A stretch of 64,000 bases of DNA from Octopus vulgaris (lineage: Eukaryota). This document shows positions 14,645-28,704 of the stretch, piece after piece. The notes under the pieces were generated by a model. It was not told where the DNA came from. It saw only the letters and a program-made list of their open reading frames with translations, and ran no database searches. Position numbers and translations under genes: made by a program. How positions within the stretch are numbered: position 1 is the stretch's first letter; each line of letters begins with the position of its first letter. The stretch lies in NCBI GenBank assembly GCA_951406725.2, contig OX597824.1:22754001-22818000 (forward strand), in the 5' to 3' direction.

Positions 14645-15045
14645 TGTGTGGTAAGTAGCTTGCTTATGAACCACATGGTTCTGGGTTCATTCACACTGTG
14701 TGGCACCTTGGGCAAGTCTCTTCTGCTATAGCCTCGGGCCGACCAAAGCCTTGTGAGTGGATTTTGTAGACGGAATCTGAAAGAATCCCGTTGTATATAT
14801 GTATATATATATATGTATGTGTGTGTATATGTTTGTGTGTCTGAGTTTTTCCCCCCAACATCGCTTGAAAACCAATGCTGATGTGTTTACGTCCCCGTAA
14901 CTTAGCAGTTCAGCAAAAGAGACTGATAGTATAAGTACTAGGCTTACAAAGAATAAGTCCTGGGGGTTGATTTCCTCGACTAAAGGCAGTGCTCCAGTAT
15001 GGCCGCAGTCAAATGACAGAAACAAGTGAAAGAGTAAAAGAGTAA
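14645..15045 (+). mobile_element. SINE family A
   Basis: Colinear with 12426-12842. Confidence 0.9.
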
Positions 15046-15910
15046 TGTATAGCTTTAAATCGTCAGCTGGTGAGTAGCTATCAAAGATCTTACTAAGTGA
15101 AGCTAAGACACCTTGGAATATTTCTGAGACTTTTAGAAATGTAGTTCTTCCAATGCAGGCCATTGTTACCAATAATGTCAAGGTTTCATTCACTAGCAGA
15201 CTTCTTAGAATTGATATTGCAGAAGGAGAAAGTTGATTCCAGGCTTTTCCTCCAGAAATCTATGTCAATGCCCTGCTTGAAATCTGAAACGTATAGCTGA
15301 CACTATGAGGTCACTTGTGGTCATGAGAAGGGGCACTCCAGTTGATTCTGACTGATAACATTATATATATCTATATGGTAATTCCAAATTTGGTTAGTGT
15401 TTATATTGGCAAATAGATAAATAGATAGATGAATAAATAGATAAATGAATATATAAATAAACATAGTTATTACACACATATGAGTGAGAACACTTTGAGA
15501 TATTTTTGGTATCTAACATATGTCAGGTACTGCGAGCGCTGCTTCTGATTGGTCAATCCATGGTGATGACCCCGAGGTCACGGTGATGGCACTACTTTTG
15601 TCATTCATAAGTTACAACTAAACTTCATTCATTACTTTCACGAGCAGGTAGAATGTAGCCATGTAATTAAACAAACATACTATCTTTTTTATACCAGATA
15701 TCACTTAAAGTCATATACACATAAAATATAAACATTTCTGGTGGTAATTCAATTTTTTGTTGCCAAAAAAATCACAACATATTTCGTCTGCTCGTCGATA
15801 CTCTTGCAGTGCAGGTAGATCTATCAACAAGATGGCTACTGTTGTCGATATCAAGGTGAATAATTTTGTTAAGATTAAAATATGGTCATTTATTCGTGTG
15901 TAATAAATAA

Positions 15911-16051
15911 AATACCAAACGAGTTCCCTATGGATACCGTATTTATTACAACTCGTGACTTGTAAACGTATCTAACTTGCTTTCGCTCGTTAGATATGTT
16001 TACAAGTCACTCGTAATAAATATGGTATCCATAGGGAACTCGTTTGGTATT
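15911..16051. repeat. ~140-bp palindrome, probably end of a non-autonomous DNA element starting near 15520
   Basis: aataccaaacgagttccctatggatacc...ggtatccatagggaactcgtttggtatt; apex gctttcgctcg. Confidence 0.85.
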
Positions 16052-16345
16052 CTCTATATATACTCCCACAGTATTTGCGTCTCAATATATAATTGTTACC
16101 AATATTGTTTTATCAATGAGGAAAAACATAAACAAATACACTCCTATGTGTGATTGGTGTGTGTGTGTGTGTGTGTGTGTGTGAATTTGTTCATGTGTCT
16201 GGTGTTTATGTTTGTGTTTATGAGACACTCATGTCCCTATATATATATATATATATATTCTGTAAATATTTATAATAATATTTATAAGCTTAAAGCTTGA
16301 AAGCGATCACCATGTATTGACTAAAGAAAACAGCCTAGTACTGGG

Positions 16346-16446
<101 letters not shown>

Positions 16447-16517
16447 GCACTAGTCGCCATGATAGATCGTTAGCCACAACACACATTTTTTTTCTCTCCT
16501 TGTCTTTTTCTGTGTCC

Positions 16518-16553
16518 CTTTCTGTAGAAGAGCATAGGCTCGAAACGTAAAAG
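16518..16553 (+). ncRNA. Minimal hammerhead motif (core variant CUGUAGA)
   Basis: cttt-CTGTAGA-a-gagc-atag-gctc-GAAAC-GT-A-aaag. Confidence 0.55.
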
Positions 16554-16974
16554 ACTTTTTCTATTCCTGAGCATTTTACTTATACATTTGTTTGTTTTGT
16601 ACACCACCTGTCTTCGTCTTTTGTTTTTTCTGTAAACTCTCCCTATATATATACATACATACATACATACATATATACATACACACACACACACACACAC
16701 ACATATAAATATATAAGGATGTAATAATAATGATATAACACAAGGATGGAAGTTAATAGGCTTTAATAATGGATTACAACATACATCTGCATACATCAGT
16801 TTTAGGTTACTGGGTTCATGTTCATGTAGCATTATGGAAGATTACTCTTAATAATTACTATGTATTTGAATCTATCTTAAACGTGTACAATACTTTCCAC
16901 CAATCAAATAATTACATTCTAGCATTAGGTGGCACTTACGAATAGCAAATAAAAAAAAACTCACCACAATGAGA

Positions 16975-17010
<36 letters not shown>

Positions 17011-17013
17011 GTC

Positions 17014-17175
17014 ATATGTGACAATTATTCGGTAGCTAAGATAAAACTCAGAATTTTATCTTGGCTACCGAATAATTGTCACATATTACATTTACAGATA
17101 AATTCCTTTATTTACATAATATTGAGTTCTCTTTCTTTCTTTTGTTATCTTACCGTTTTTACCCTATACATATAA
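17014..17175 (+). mobile_element. Hairpin-headed element in (TA)n (33-bp arms, 17014-17086)
   Basis: atatgtgacaattattcggtagctaagataaaa and its reverse complement; ends tttaccctata. Confidence 0.7.
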
Positions 17176-17388
17176 CTATGTATGTATGTGTGCACGATCT
17201 GTGGATGTGCGTGTGCGTATGTGCGTTTCTTGGCTAACTAACCGTAAAATTTCCATTGTGATTCAAATTTAAACTATAAGCCAATCGAATCTATCTAGGA
17301 AAATCAATATCAAGCGGACAGATGAATTCGACTTATTGAGTATATATGTGGATGTCTGCTTGCTTTACATGGTACAATCATGGTAGTG

Positions 17389-17424
<36 letters not shown>

Positions 17425-17726
17425 ATTAATATTAATTTTATTGACTTTTTGTGTGGTTATACATTTTAATGAACTGGACTGTTAAATATATATGTCTGCT
17501 TTAAATTTAAATGTGAGTGTACATGTATTTCCTTGATGTTGGTTGTAGAACTATGAGTTCAATATGGAAAATAATTGTGTTTGTTAATGTATACTGATAT
17601 ATTTTGTTTATATTGTATTAATGTGTATATATATATGTGTGTAGAATTATGAGTGTCTATGCACACATTTTTATATTTTTTATTTTTATATTTATATGTA
17701 AATTTTTTTCATACTTACATTAAATT

Positions 17727-17835
17727 CTCTGAAGAGGCCGTGAGACATTCTTGTTAATGCCTCATTTATACCTGCTTTATATGGCTAATAGGTTAAATGG
17801 GACATACCTGTCTTCACGGCCGAAACAGCTGTCAG
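17727..17835 (+). ncRNA. Type I hammerhead ribozyme with long stem II
   Basis: ct-CTGAAGA-ggccgtgagaca...tgtcttcacggcc-GAAA-cagctg-TC-ag; intact core, palindromic stem III. Confidence 0.75.
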
Positions 17836-18001
17836 CTACGATGTAATTGTACTTTCTATTTCTATTTCCATGTCTAGTTATATTTGCAATATATTATGTA
17901 TAATGTCATTGCTGTTGTGTAATGGTTTAATAAAGTATTGATTGGGTATTATCTGATGGTTGATGATTGATTTAGGTATGTTTCTCCATTTTCTCATTTT
18001 G

Positions 18002-18035
<34 letters not shown>

Positions 18036-18344
18036 TACATATACATATATATATATACATACATATATTTGTTTTAAATCTCTGAGTGAGATATATTCAG
18101 TAACAGTACTGAATAGTAATGTTTATATGCCAACAGAATGTGGCTATTCTATAAAGGATGATGTTAGTGTTGTTTTAGCCCCAGGAAAACATCTTTTCCA
18201 GCTGGCTATCGACACACACTTTGTGCCCATATAGCAATTTGCAAGGGAGGTCATTGCTCCTATCTCTAGCCTTACGTGATACCCACTGACCTTAGGTTTC
18301 TGGGTGGTTACCCAACCTCAGTGTGAGATAATCATGAGTTAGTG

Positions 18345-18384
18345 ATGAAAGCTCTCTCCATTTGCAAGTGGAGAGAGCTTTCAT
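18345..18384. repeat. 40-bp hairpin
   Basis: atgaaagctctctcca-tttgcaag-tggagagagctttcat. Confidence 0.85.
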
Positions 18385-18392
18385 ATAAATAT

Positions 18393-18700
18393 GTGGAGGC
18401 GCAATGGCCCAGTGGTTAGGGCAGCGGACTCGCGGTCGTAGGATCGCGGTTTCGATTCCCAGACTGGGGCGTTGTGAGTGTTTATTGAGTAAAAAATACC
18501 TAAAGCTCCATGAGGCTCCGGCAGGAGGTGGTGGCGATCCTTGCTGTACTCTTTCGCCACAACTATCTCTTACTCTTTCTTCTGTTGGCCTGCTCGCTTA
18601 GCCAGCGGGGTGGCGTCACTTGATGGCTAAAACAATGTGAAGTGCATTGTGACCAGCGGTGTGTGCCCATATCTCATAGCCAGGTCGGTCACGTGACGTG
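18393..18700 (+). mobile_element. SINE family C with alternative tail
   Basis: A box tggcccagtggtt, B box ggtttcgattccc. Confidence 0.88.
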
Positions 18701-19020
18701 ATATATATATATACACACACACACAGAGTCATGCACACAATTACTGGCAACCCTTGTAAAAATTTGGTTTATATTGAATTTCTTGCTAAAATTACATGCC
18801 TATGAAAATGCTCTTATGTCACAATAATGCGAACAACTAAGGCATAAATTTTGCCAAAGGTGGACATCTGATGATCTCTAATATGGTATTCTCAGCTGAT
18901 AAAAATTTAAAGCATGGTACAAAATTAATGGCATCTATATAACGATAGAGACAGTAATGCAGATAAGCACATGTATACATATACATATACATATATATAT
19001 GTATATACACATAAACATAC

Positions 19021-19057
<37 letters not shown>

Positions 19058-19062
19058 CATAA

Positions 19063-19160
<98 letters not shown>

Positions 19161-19399
19161 GAGGGTACTACTATTCATAGATACCGCATGCTAGGAGGGA
19201 CCCTTGCGGTCAAAACAACTAAAATAAACAAAATTTTACCGAATGCAAAACTTCAAAACAAGTCATTTAAAAAAAGAATTTAGTTACATATCACCTGTTT
19301 TTCACGCTAACTACTGATAATTTCTTATAAAGATTTTATCCTCAATTTTAAATATATATATATATATATATATATAATTCTCATCTCTTAAATATAGAA

Positions 19400-19823
19400 C
19401 TGTATGTTTTCATTTGTTCGGGGTGTCAATGGTCGCACCGAACAAGGTTGGTCTTCAAGCAATTGTGACCATTTCTAAAGTGTGAAAATCACTGGTAAAC
19501 TTGTGTTTTGCACATGGCAGCATGTTTGTAAGCTGTTTGAAGCATGACAACTGTTTCAGCTGCCATTTTCTCCAGTAGAAAACGGAATTTCATGGAAGAA
19601 TGCTGTTTCTTCCTTTCAGTCATTGCAAAAATCAGCAAACAGGGAAGAAGCACTGCAAAACGAAGACACGCCACATGGCAGTACAACATTACTGGATACT
19701 GACAGTTGGCAGTCTGATGATGCCTGAGGGTTGCATTAAGTGGCTTCTGTTGGTGGAAGCCTGAACTACAATGGGTTTGTCCCACAGAGAGCATTTCCAG
19801 TTACTTATTGGTACCCCCTCGTA
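19400..19823 (-). pseudogene. Mariner left end and transposase N-terminus (HTH)
   Basis: TA-cgagggggtacc TIR; MTERKKQHSSMKFRFLLEKMAAETVVMLQTAYKHAAMCKTQVYQ*FSHFRNG...EDQP. Confidence 0.85.
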
Positions 19824-20066
19824 TGTGTGTATGGATTATTAAGTGTATACACATACATACCTACATACATACATACACACACACAAACACACACACACAC
19901 ACACTCACACACACACATATATATACATATATATATATTATATTGAGGGTACTACTATTCATAGATACCGCACGCTAAGAGGGACCAATGCAGTCAAAAC
20001 TACTAAAATAAACAAAATTTTACCGAATGCAAAACTTCAGAGCAAGTCATTTAAAAAAAGAATTTA

Positions 20067-20130
20067 GTTACATATCACCTGTGATTTCGCAATTAATGCA
20101 GAATATGCATTCTATGTTTATCAGTGCAAC
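20067..20130 (-). ncRNA. Hammerhead motif, core mutated (CUGAUAA)
   Basis: gttgca-CTGATAA-...tgc-GAAA-tcac-ag-gtga-TA-tgtaac; 6-bp stem I. Confidence 0.6.
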
Positions 20131-20346
20131 AAACTCAAGACATATACGAAAAAACATAACGTTACAAACCCGATAGCCAACCGTAGAATTCGTCGTAGCA
20201 TGTACGAATATTTATCTTTACATATCTATGAAAATGGCGGGCTTATTCGCAATGCATTTCGGTAACAAATTGCTTACTCGGAACAAAAATTCAGTATTTT
20301 ATTCTCAATTATAAATTTATATATATTTTATCTTCAATTGTAAATT

Positions 20347-20377
<31 letters not shown>

Positions 20378-20387
20378 GATAAAAAAA

Positions 20388-20637
20388 ATGCGCCCTTTGT
20401 AAAGCTTAGCCAGGCTCATGGGCCCGGTTTCCCGGTTTCAATGGTGTATGTGTTCCCCAGCTGGACGGGACGCCAGTCCATTGCAGTGTTACTCATTTTT
20501 GCCAGCTGAGTGAACTGGAGCAACATGAAATGAAGTGTTTTGCTCAAGAACACAACGTGCCGTTCGGTCCAGGAATCGAAACCACAATCTTATGTTCATG
20601 ATGCTGACACCCTAACCACTAAGCCACATGCCTCCAC
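20388..20637 (-). mobile_element. tRNA-derived SINE with L2-like tail
   Basis: A/B boxes; tail gactggcgtcccgtccag...gaaaccgggaaaccgg shared with 29503 and 39714. Confidence 0.85.
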
Positions 20638-21165
20638 ATCATCATCATCATCATCGTTTAACGTCCGTTTTCCGCGCTAGCACGGGTTGGATGGTTCAAC
20701 CGGGGTCTGGGAAGCCAGGGGCTGCACCAGGCTCCAGTATGATCTGGCAGTGTTTCTACAGCTGGATGCCCTTCCTAACGCCAACCACTCCACGAGTGTA
20801 GTGGGTGCTTTTTACGTGCCAGGGGAGTCTGGTATCGGCCACGATTGGTTGGTGCTTCTAACGTGCCACCGGCACGGAAGCCAGCCATGGCGGCGCTGGC
20901 ATAGGCCACGTATGGATGGTGCTTTTTATGTGCTACTGGCACAGGTATCACAACTACTATTTCCATTGATATTTATTTCGATGTTGATGTACTTGACTCA
21001 ACAGGTCTCTTCAAGCACAGCGAGATGTTCTGGAATTCAAGGTACTTTGAATGGGCAGGGGCTATGCAGAACTGGTGCGGGAAGCAGCCCAGGTCTTTGC
21101 AGTCACAGCATATCTCCAGAGATCTCAGTCCTTCGCCATTGCCTCAGTGTGGCCCAATGCTCTGA
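20638..21165 (-). mobile_element. RTE LINE 3' end
   Basis: (GAT)n tail, UTR modules, last ORF2 codons. Confidence 0.85.
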
Positions 21166-21361
21166 TACAAGCATGTATGTATGTGTATGTATATATATAT
21201 GCATGTATGTATGTATATATATATTTATATATATATATATATATATGTATGTATATATGTATAGTTAATCCAAACATGAACAAAGAGAAAACACAACAAC
21301 GCGAGGACGTGGAACATGTATAGTGTTATAGGACGCTCAGGAAAGGAAAGAAAAAATGAGG

Positions 21362-21396
21362 ATTTAACGTTTCGAGCGGAGCTCTTCATCAGAAAC
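21362..21396 (-). ncRNA. Minimal hammerhead ribozyme, intact core, in a ~200-bp element (21260-21450)
   Basis: gttt-CTGATGA-a-gagc-tcc-gctc-GAAAC-GT-T-aaat. Confidence 0.75.
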
Positions 21397-21936
21397 ATAG
21401 AAAAAGGAGAGGTCCAAGGAAGGGAAGACAGAGAAAGAAAATCGTTAATGATACATATGCAGTCGCATTTTGAATATATATACATATACGTACACACATA
21501 AAGTAATATGCATGCATGCATGTATGTATGTATGTATGTATGTATGTATGTATGTATATATTTGCATTGTGCCTCCAGTTGAAATTTCATACTTCTGCGG
21601 TTGGGACATCTTGCTGACAGAACTGATAATGTTGTTTATTAAATATAATAATTAATAGCAGTTTAAAAGGTCAAAGCCGGATAATTTTTTCCATTTTATA
21701 ACGATAATTGGATAGACATTACAGGATAAGATAGAGAGGAGGAGTGAAAGGGTGGAGGGACGATGGGTGGGGGGAAAGAGTGGGGTGAGTCTAGGGTAAA
21801 AAGCTAAGGGAATACAAGAGAAAAACAAAGAGAGGGGACACAAAGGTGAGTGAGAGAAAGAGAGTTGAGAAAAAGGAGCAGGACATGGATATGTGTCAGT
21901 GTGTGTACGCATAAATATAATGTATATATATACATA

Positions 21937-22089
<153 letters not shown>

Positions 22090-22443
22090 GTAGAAAGAAC
22101 ATGAATGGGGAAAAGGGGACAAACAGAGAAAAGAACCAAATACATACACACACATGCATGCATGGTTGTATATATGTATATGTATATCATATCATCATCA
22201 TCATCATATATGTTTTCCATGCTATGGGTTGGACGGTTCAACTGGGTCTAGGCTGCACCAGGCCAGTCAGATATACAGCTATGCCCTTCCTAACGCCAAC
22301 CATATGTAGTGGGTGATTTTATGTGCCACCGACACATAGGCTGGCGAACGGCCACGCTCGGATGGTGTTTTTATGCCACCAACACAGGTGCCAGACGAGC
22401 TATCGGATGGTGTTTTTATATATAGGCTGCATATATATATATG

Positions 22444-22579
<136 letters not shown>

Positions 22580-23388
22580 TATGTATGTATGTAAATGTAT
22601 CTGCATATATTTATGATATATATGTATAAGCATAGAAGTAGATATATATGTGTGTGTTTGTGTATGTGTGCATCTGTATATATACATGTATGTGTGTATG
22701 TTTATTTGGTCCTTTTCTCTGCTTGTCCTCTTTCTCTCATTTACATCCTTCATATCTATCTATCTCTCTCTCTCTATATATATATATATCTATATATATA
22801 TATATTTATATATATGCTCAAACATGCAAACATATATCCAGAACAAGGAAGAAGTGAAAAAGAGGAGATAATATATAGTTGTTGAATGGTTAATTCAAAT
22901 GCTAGAATGCTAGCTGTCTGACATTTAAAAAAAAAATTGGGTGAATATGGGGTTTCATTCATCACTACAATTCTAAATCTCTCTTCCTCTCTGTCTCCCT
23001 CTTTACTTCGTGTCTCACTTTCTCTCGCAGCACAAATACTCACATGCATACACGTGCACACAGGCACACATGCATACATTCATTCATACATATATGCATA
23101 AATAGATACATATGCTTGTATTCTTGTAAGTATGCATGAATGGTTTATATTGTCTTCTTGCAACTTGGACAGAAGTTTCAACTTTTGCCTCTTCTGAGAA
23201 CACAAAAAGTCACTTCGATTGATCTATGTTGTAAAGAGACATTAAACACTAAATATTCTCACTTTGTATCTTTCTTAAGTTCTTAAGCATTTCAAAATTC
23301 ACCTTATCAATTCACCTTTGTCAGTCTGTCTGTCTTTCTGTCTGTCTCCTTGTCTGTCTCTCTCTGCCTGTGTCTCTATATCTGTCTG

Positions 23389-23421
<33 letters not shown>

Positions 23422-23433
23422 TTATATGTATAT

Positions 23434-23674
23434 TCTCTTTTACCCTTTTATTTGTTTCAGTCATTTGACTGCGGTCATGCTGGAGCACTGCCTTTAGTCG
23501 ATCAAATCGACCCCAGGACTTATTCTTTGTAAGCCTAGTACTTATTCTATCGGTTTCTTTTGCCGAACTGCTAAATTATGGGAATGTAAACACACCAGCA
23601 TCAGTTGTCAAGTGATGTTGGGGGTGGGGGACAAACACAGACACATAAACACACACACACATATACATATATAC

Positions 23675-23728
<54 letters not shown>

Positions 23729-23856
23729 GACTGGCTTATTTCAGTTTCCGTTTACCAAATCCACTCACAGGGCTTTGGTCGGCCCGAAGCTATAGTAGAA
23801 GACACTTGCCGAAGGTGCCATGCAGTGGGACTGAACCACACAGCCACTCCTGCGCC

Positions 23857-23858
<2 letters not shown>
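23434..23858 (-). mobile_element. SINE family A
   Basis: Colinear with other copies, small deletion in head. Confidence 0.9.
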
Positions 23859-23887
<29 letters not shown>

Positions 23888-23935
23888 AAACAAGTCAAAA
23901 TAGAAAAAGCTAAAATAATTTTATAAAGAACATTT

Positions 23936-23973
23936 CAGTACCGGTTTTGGTCATTTTGAGACCTTTTCAACTG
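23936..23973 (-). ncRNA. Degenerate hammerhead motif
   Basis: cag-TTGAAAA-ggtc...gacc-AAAA-ccgg-TA-ctg; stems intact, core mutated. Confidence 0.4.
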
Positions 23974-24586
23974 TAACGATTAAATAATTAAATTTAGAAA
24001 AATTAGAAGAAAAGTTTTTTTAAGGGAATATTTGTATAGTGTTCAAAGATAAGTGGCATTCTGCCTTTCTCTGTCTCCCTTGTTTGCACTTGTGTGTTCG
24101 AGGCCGTTATATAAATATATATATATTTACTTCTACTATAGGATAAATTCCCCCCCCCCCCCAATATTCCATCAATGTGGCCAACATATTAAAATACCTT
24201 TATAGGCGAAAATTAGAAACAGTTATAAACAAGTGCAAAAGAAAAAAAGATTTCTATGCCAATATGCTGAGAATAGACTTTAAATTGTCAATCACCACAT
24301 TACAATATACATTCAAGAAGGCAAGCTAATAGAAGTTTTTAAAAAAATTGTTATCTCTATATTGAATCAATTTCAGGATTACTCCCATGGATTTTTCCCT
24401 CTTCAGTAGAAAATACGATAAGAAATAAATGAAATATTTACAAGCACCCATGGAAAAAATGCAGAAGCAAGATTCATGTGTACACATATGTACCCCTGTT
24501 TTTTGCTTGGGGTGGAGCTATAGTAAAAAATCTTGTCCAAGGTGACATGCAGTGAGCTTCTTAACCACACACCCATATCTGCACCC

Positions 24587-24629
<43 letters not shown>

Positions 24630-24739
24630 TGTATGCGTGTATTCATGTATACGTATATTTAATGTAGTTGCTGCTTGTGGCTGGTCAGAAAGTTATCATT
24701 GGCTTCATGTCTACTATGTTCATAGCAATATCAACAGGT

Positions 24740-26210
24740 CAACAGACTTTCTGGCCAGAGGCACATAGCTTCCCTACTAATGGAGGTAAGAATACAGTCT
24801 TGGTCAGCCTGGGTTGTGGAAAAAACCTGAAACAAAATTCATAAAAGTAAAACCACCTCTGCATGAGATGGAATTGTCTCCCTTCATCTCCAGTTGTGTC
24901 CAAAAGGGGTCACTTTATGTACAATTTCCATTCACAAGTCATAAACAAGGAATTTCATTTCTCTAAGATTAATTTTCTCTCATGAGGCCACTATACATCT
25001 CACTTTTGGAATTCACGGAAGTAAATTTTCTAGGAACCTTACATTCTTGGACAACCAAAGTTTGCATCATATGCTCCCACTGAGAGGTGATTCAGATTGT
25101 TCTGGGAGCTTTCATTTAATCCTGTATGGCATTCCCTCTTCTTTTAAATGCTGTATGTAGTTGGCTAGAGACATAATGTTGCACCTTGCTAAAAGAGGAC
25201 CTGTGGTTATTTTCTCATCGCTTAAAGGGCCCCCCATTGCTCCAACATATTTCAATATATGTATCTTTATGTTATTGGTGCTGCTACTGTTGTTGTTGCA
25301 GCTGCTTTTACTGCTGTTGCTGCTGTTGTTGCTGGGCAGCAACTCTACCTCATAAACCATGGCCTTGGAGTTGCATTGACCACTTCCTGGGCACTCACTG
25401 TTAATCCTATATGAGCATCCTGCCTTTGTGTGGGATTTAGAAGTGTTTGCTAAAATCTTTTTAATATTGGGTACATAGCTAAATGAGACCCATAAGTTGT
25501 GTCTATCAAATAATTATCTGTACCTATGAGATTATGTGAAGTGCTTGACCACTGATCTGAAGAGGCTCCTTCGCATGAGGTCTTGACATTTAGTGCGAAG
25601 GGTGGTGCAAACTAAATAACCTTTGGTGGTACTTTCTTTTATGGGTGTTAGATCTCGGCATTTAGAAGATGTGGCCCTTACTGCCAAAACCTCATTTTAA
25701 TAGGGGCCCACAGTGTAAAAAACCTCTCCATCCAAGGACGGATTTTAAATCCTCTTACTGATACCTTTCACCATCTTAAACACAATTGGTGGGTGGCAGA
25801 AAGATGTGTTAATGTACGACAGTCTTTTATTTGGCTATTGGTAGGGTCCGTATGTACAGGTACTCAAATCAACCGTAGCATCTAAAAACTTAACTATGGC
25901 AAAATTGGTCACAATTGTAACCTTAAGACCAAGGCAGCTATGTGTATGAGTTAGGTCCTTCCTAAGCCTATCTAGGGTGTGCCTTTTTGCACCTCTAGAG
26001 ATAGCTAAAGTGTCTGCTCTGTATAGACTAAAAAGGAAAAAGGACTGATGTGAACCTCTTTGTAAGGTACCCAGTATATAAAATTTTATGAGGTCATAGA
26101 TATCTCCACTGTTGAATGCTCCCTTTGCTATATCAAAGGAGCCTAATGAGTCAGTTTGATTGACCTAGGCTGAACCTTTGTTGAACAGAAGGGTTTTCCT
26201 AGTTTCATTT
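24740..26210 (-). pseudogene. Decayed Penelope-like element (RT thumb, linker, GIY-YIG region)
   Basis: Minus-strand KTLLFNKG, FDIAKGAFNSGDIYDLI, LDRLRKDL, VKFLDATVDL, SYINTSFCHPPTI, VI*FAPPFALNVKT, EGPFKR with many stops. Confidence 0.75.
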
Positions 26211-26287
26211 TAACATTTACACACAAGCTGGCAGAAATGTTAGCGCGCCGGGCGAAATGCTTCCTGGTATTTCTTCTGCTTTTATGT

Positions 26288-26700
26288 TAGGTGTAGGAGT
26301 GGCTGTGTGGTAAGTAGCTTGCTTACGAACCACATGGTCCCTGGTTCAGTCCCACTGCATGGAACCTTCAGCAATTGTCTTCTACTATAGCCTCGGGCTG
26401 ACCAAAGCCATGTGAGTGGATTTGGTAGACGGAAACTGAAAGAAGCCCGTCATATATATGCATATATATATATGTATGTGTGTGTATATATTTGTGTGTC
26501 TGTGTTTGTACCCCCAAAATCGGTTGACAACTGATGCTGGTGTGTTTACGTCCCCATAACTTGGAGGTTCGGCAAAAGAGAATGATAGAATAAGTACTAG
26601 GCTTCCAAAGAATAAGTCCTGGGGTCAATTTCCTTGACTAAAGGCAGTGCTCCAGCTTGACCACAGTCAAATGACTGAAACAAGTAAAAGAGTAAAGAGA
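26288..26700 (+). mobile_element. SINE family A
   Basis: Full length, colinear. Confidence 0.9.
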
Positions 26701-26704
26701 GAGT

Positions 26705-26966
26705 GTCACTAGTGCCCTTTAGTTTGTATACCAAGCTGAAGAAGAACCTCAAGAACTGTTTGTGTTGAAAATGAAAGAGGTTGTGACCAGGCTCCGGAAC
26801 ACCTCCTCAGTGGCAGACTTCCATGGAGCCTTCACAAAGTGCCAATAATGCTAAAAGTGCATTGAAGTTAGTGGATCTTTCTGTGAAGGAAATTAATTTT
26901 GGACTTCTTTGAAATTAATAAATGTCTCTTCTGAAAAAGTCTAAAAACTTCTGGAATACACTTTAT
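26705..26966 (+). pseudogene. Mariner 3' fragment with right TIR
   Basis: KLKKNLK..MKEVVTRL..DFHGAFTK..KCIEVSGSFCEGN*. Confidence 0.65.
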
Positions 26967-27013
26967 ATACATACATAGATAGATAGATACATACATATAT
27001 ATGTACACACACA

Positions 27014-27049
<36 letters not shown>

Positions 27050-27141
27050 TGTATGTATGTATGTATGTATGTATGTATGCATGCATGTATGTATGTATGT
27101 ATGTATGTATACTAGGTATATATATACATACATGCACACAG

Positions 27142-27180
<39 letters not shown>

Positions 27181-27188
27181 CAAGAATT

Positions 27189-27257
<69 letters not shown>

Positions 27258-27317
27258 CTTTTACATACATATATATACATATAGATACACATATATATAT
27301 ACATACACACACATGTA

Positions 27318-27384
<67 letters not shown>

Positions 27385-27804
27385 GCATTAATGTATCTAT
27401 GCATGCCATTCTGTTTCTTACCATTTCTTTCATCTCCAATTACAATAAATTATTCCGGATGATAACAGCATAGAATAGTTCATGCAGTATAGAATACGAG
27501 GTGGATAGGGACAGCACTAGAATACCATATTAGCCATGGAATGCACTCACCTGGCTTACCTAGCTTACCTGGCTTTTGTGCCAGTTTGGTAGACGGCTGG
27601 TATTGCACTGCATAGGGAAAATGTGACTGTAAGTGGTGATTGATGTGGTAATTATTGTTGTTGTTGTTGTTGTTGAGGTTGTGGTGTGCAGTAGTGGTGG
27701 TGATTGTAGTTTTCCGTGTTGTGTTTGTGGTGTAGTATGTTAATTGTCATGCAAGTTAGTTACATTCGTGTACTTCAGCCACTGACACCACCACCCTAAC
27801 CATA

Positions 27805-27805
27805 G

Positions 27806-27837
<32 letters not shown>

Positions 27838-28235
27838 TCACTGATATCATTATGCCATGGTCAACATCACGACCACCACTGACACAAACTCCACAACCAT
27901 CACCACCACCACCACCAACACCACCACCACCACCACCACCAACACAACCACCAACACCATGACCACGACCATGACCACGACCATGACCACGACCATGACC
28001 ACAACCACGACCACGACCACAACCTTGACCACAACCACAACCACGACCACCATAACCACGTCCTGGACCACGACCACAACCATGACGACGACGATGACCA
28101 CCACCACCACCACCATCAACACCACCACCACTACCACTATCACCTCCACTGCCGCCACCATCACTGCACTTACCATCACTACCACAGCTACTACAACTGC
28201 CTCAACTACATTCCCCCACCACTATCGCTATCACT
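27805..28235. repeat. (ACC)/(ACG)/(ACT) degenerate trinucleotide array
   Basis: Direct read. Confidence 0.9.
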
Positions 28236-28662
28236 ACCCACATGATCACATCCAGTACACAGAATATTTTTTCACACGAGACTTCCGGACCCCATTAACG
28301 AACTCATTTGCATACAGCCAATCAGAGCTCACCTTGAAAATCCACATATTGTGTACGACTACAGTACAGCCAGTCAGGCATAGAATGGTGTATGCCACTC
28401 TGTGCATACAGCATAGCAGGTCTCACATAAGCACCACATTCCACCCCTGACCGTCCTCATAGATCAAATGAGTACCGTCTCTATACGGAGCTAACATTAG
28501 GTACCTATGCTCAGATTGAGATTCATGGTACTGCATGTACCTACTGATATATGCAAGGAGGGTACAATACGACACAACACCATATTGATTACGATGTTTC
28601 CAGATCAACACCAACATTTTAAATTAGGAATATACAAAATCAGGCAAAAAGTTAGGAAACTA

Positions 28663-28704
<42 letters not shown>

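Larger units (their letters stand above)
19150..20330 (-). mobile_element. Penelope-like pLTR direct repeats (19150-19298, 19935-20082) flanking a mariner fragment
   Basis: ~145-bp direct repeat; longer copy carries a hammerhead motif. Confidence 0.6.

Noticed and set aside
15050-15300. Unique segment with 50-70 codon open frames on both strands
   Set aside because: No recognisable motif and no consistent acceptor/donor pair
18393-18470. tRNA genes at SINE heads
   Set aside because: A/B boxes continue into SINE bodies; no complete cloverleaf or terminator
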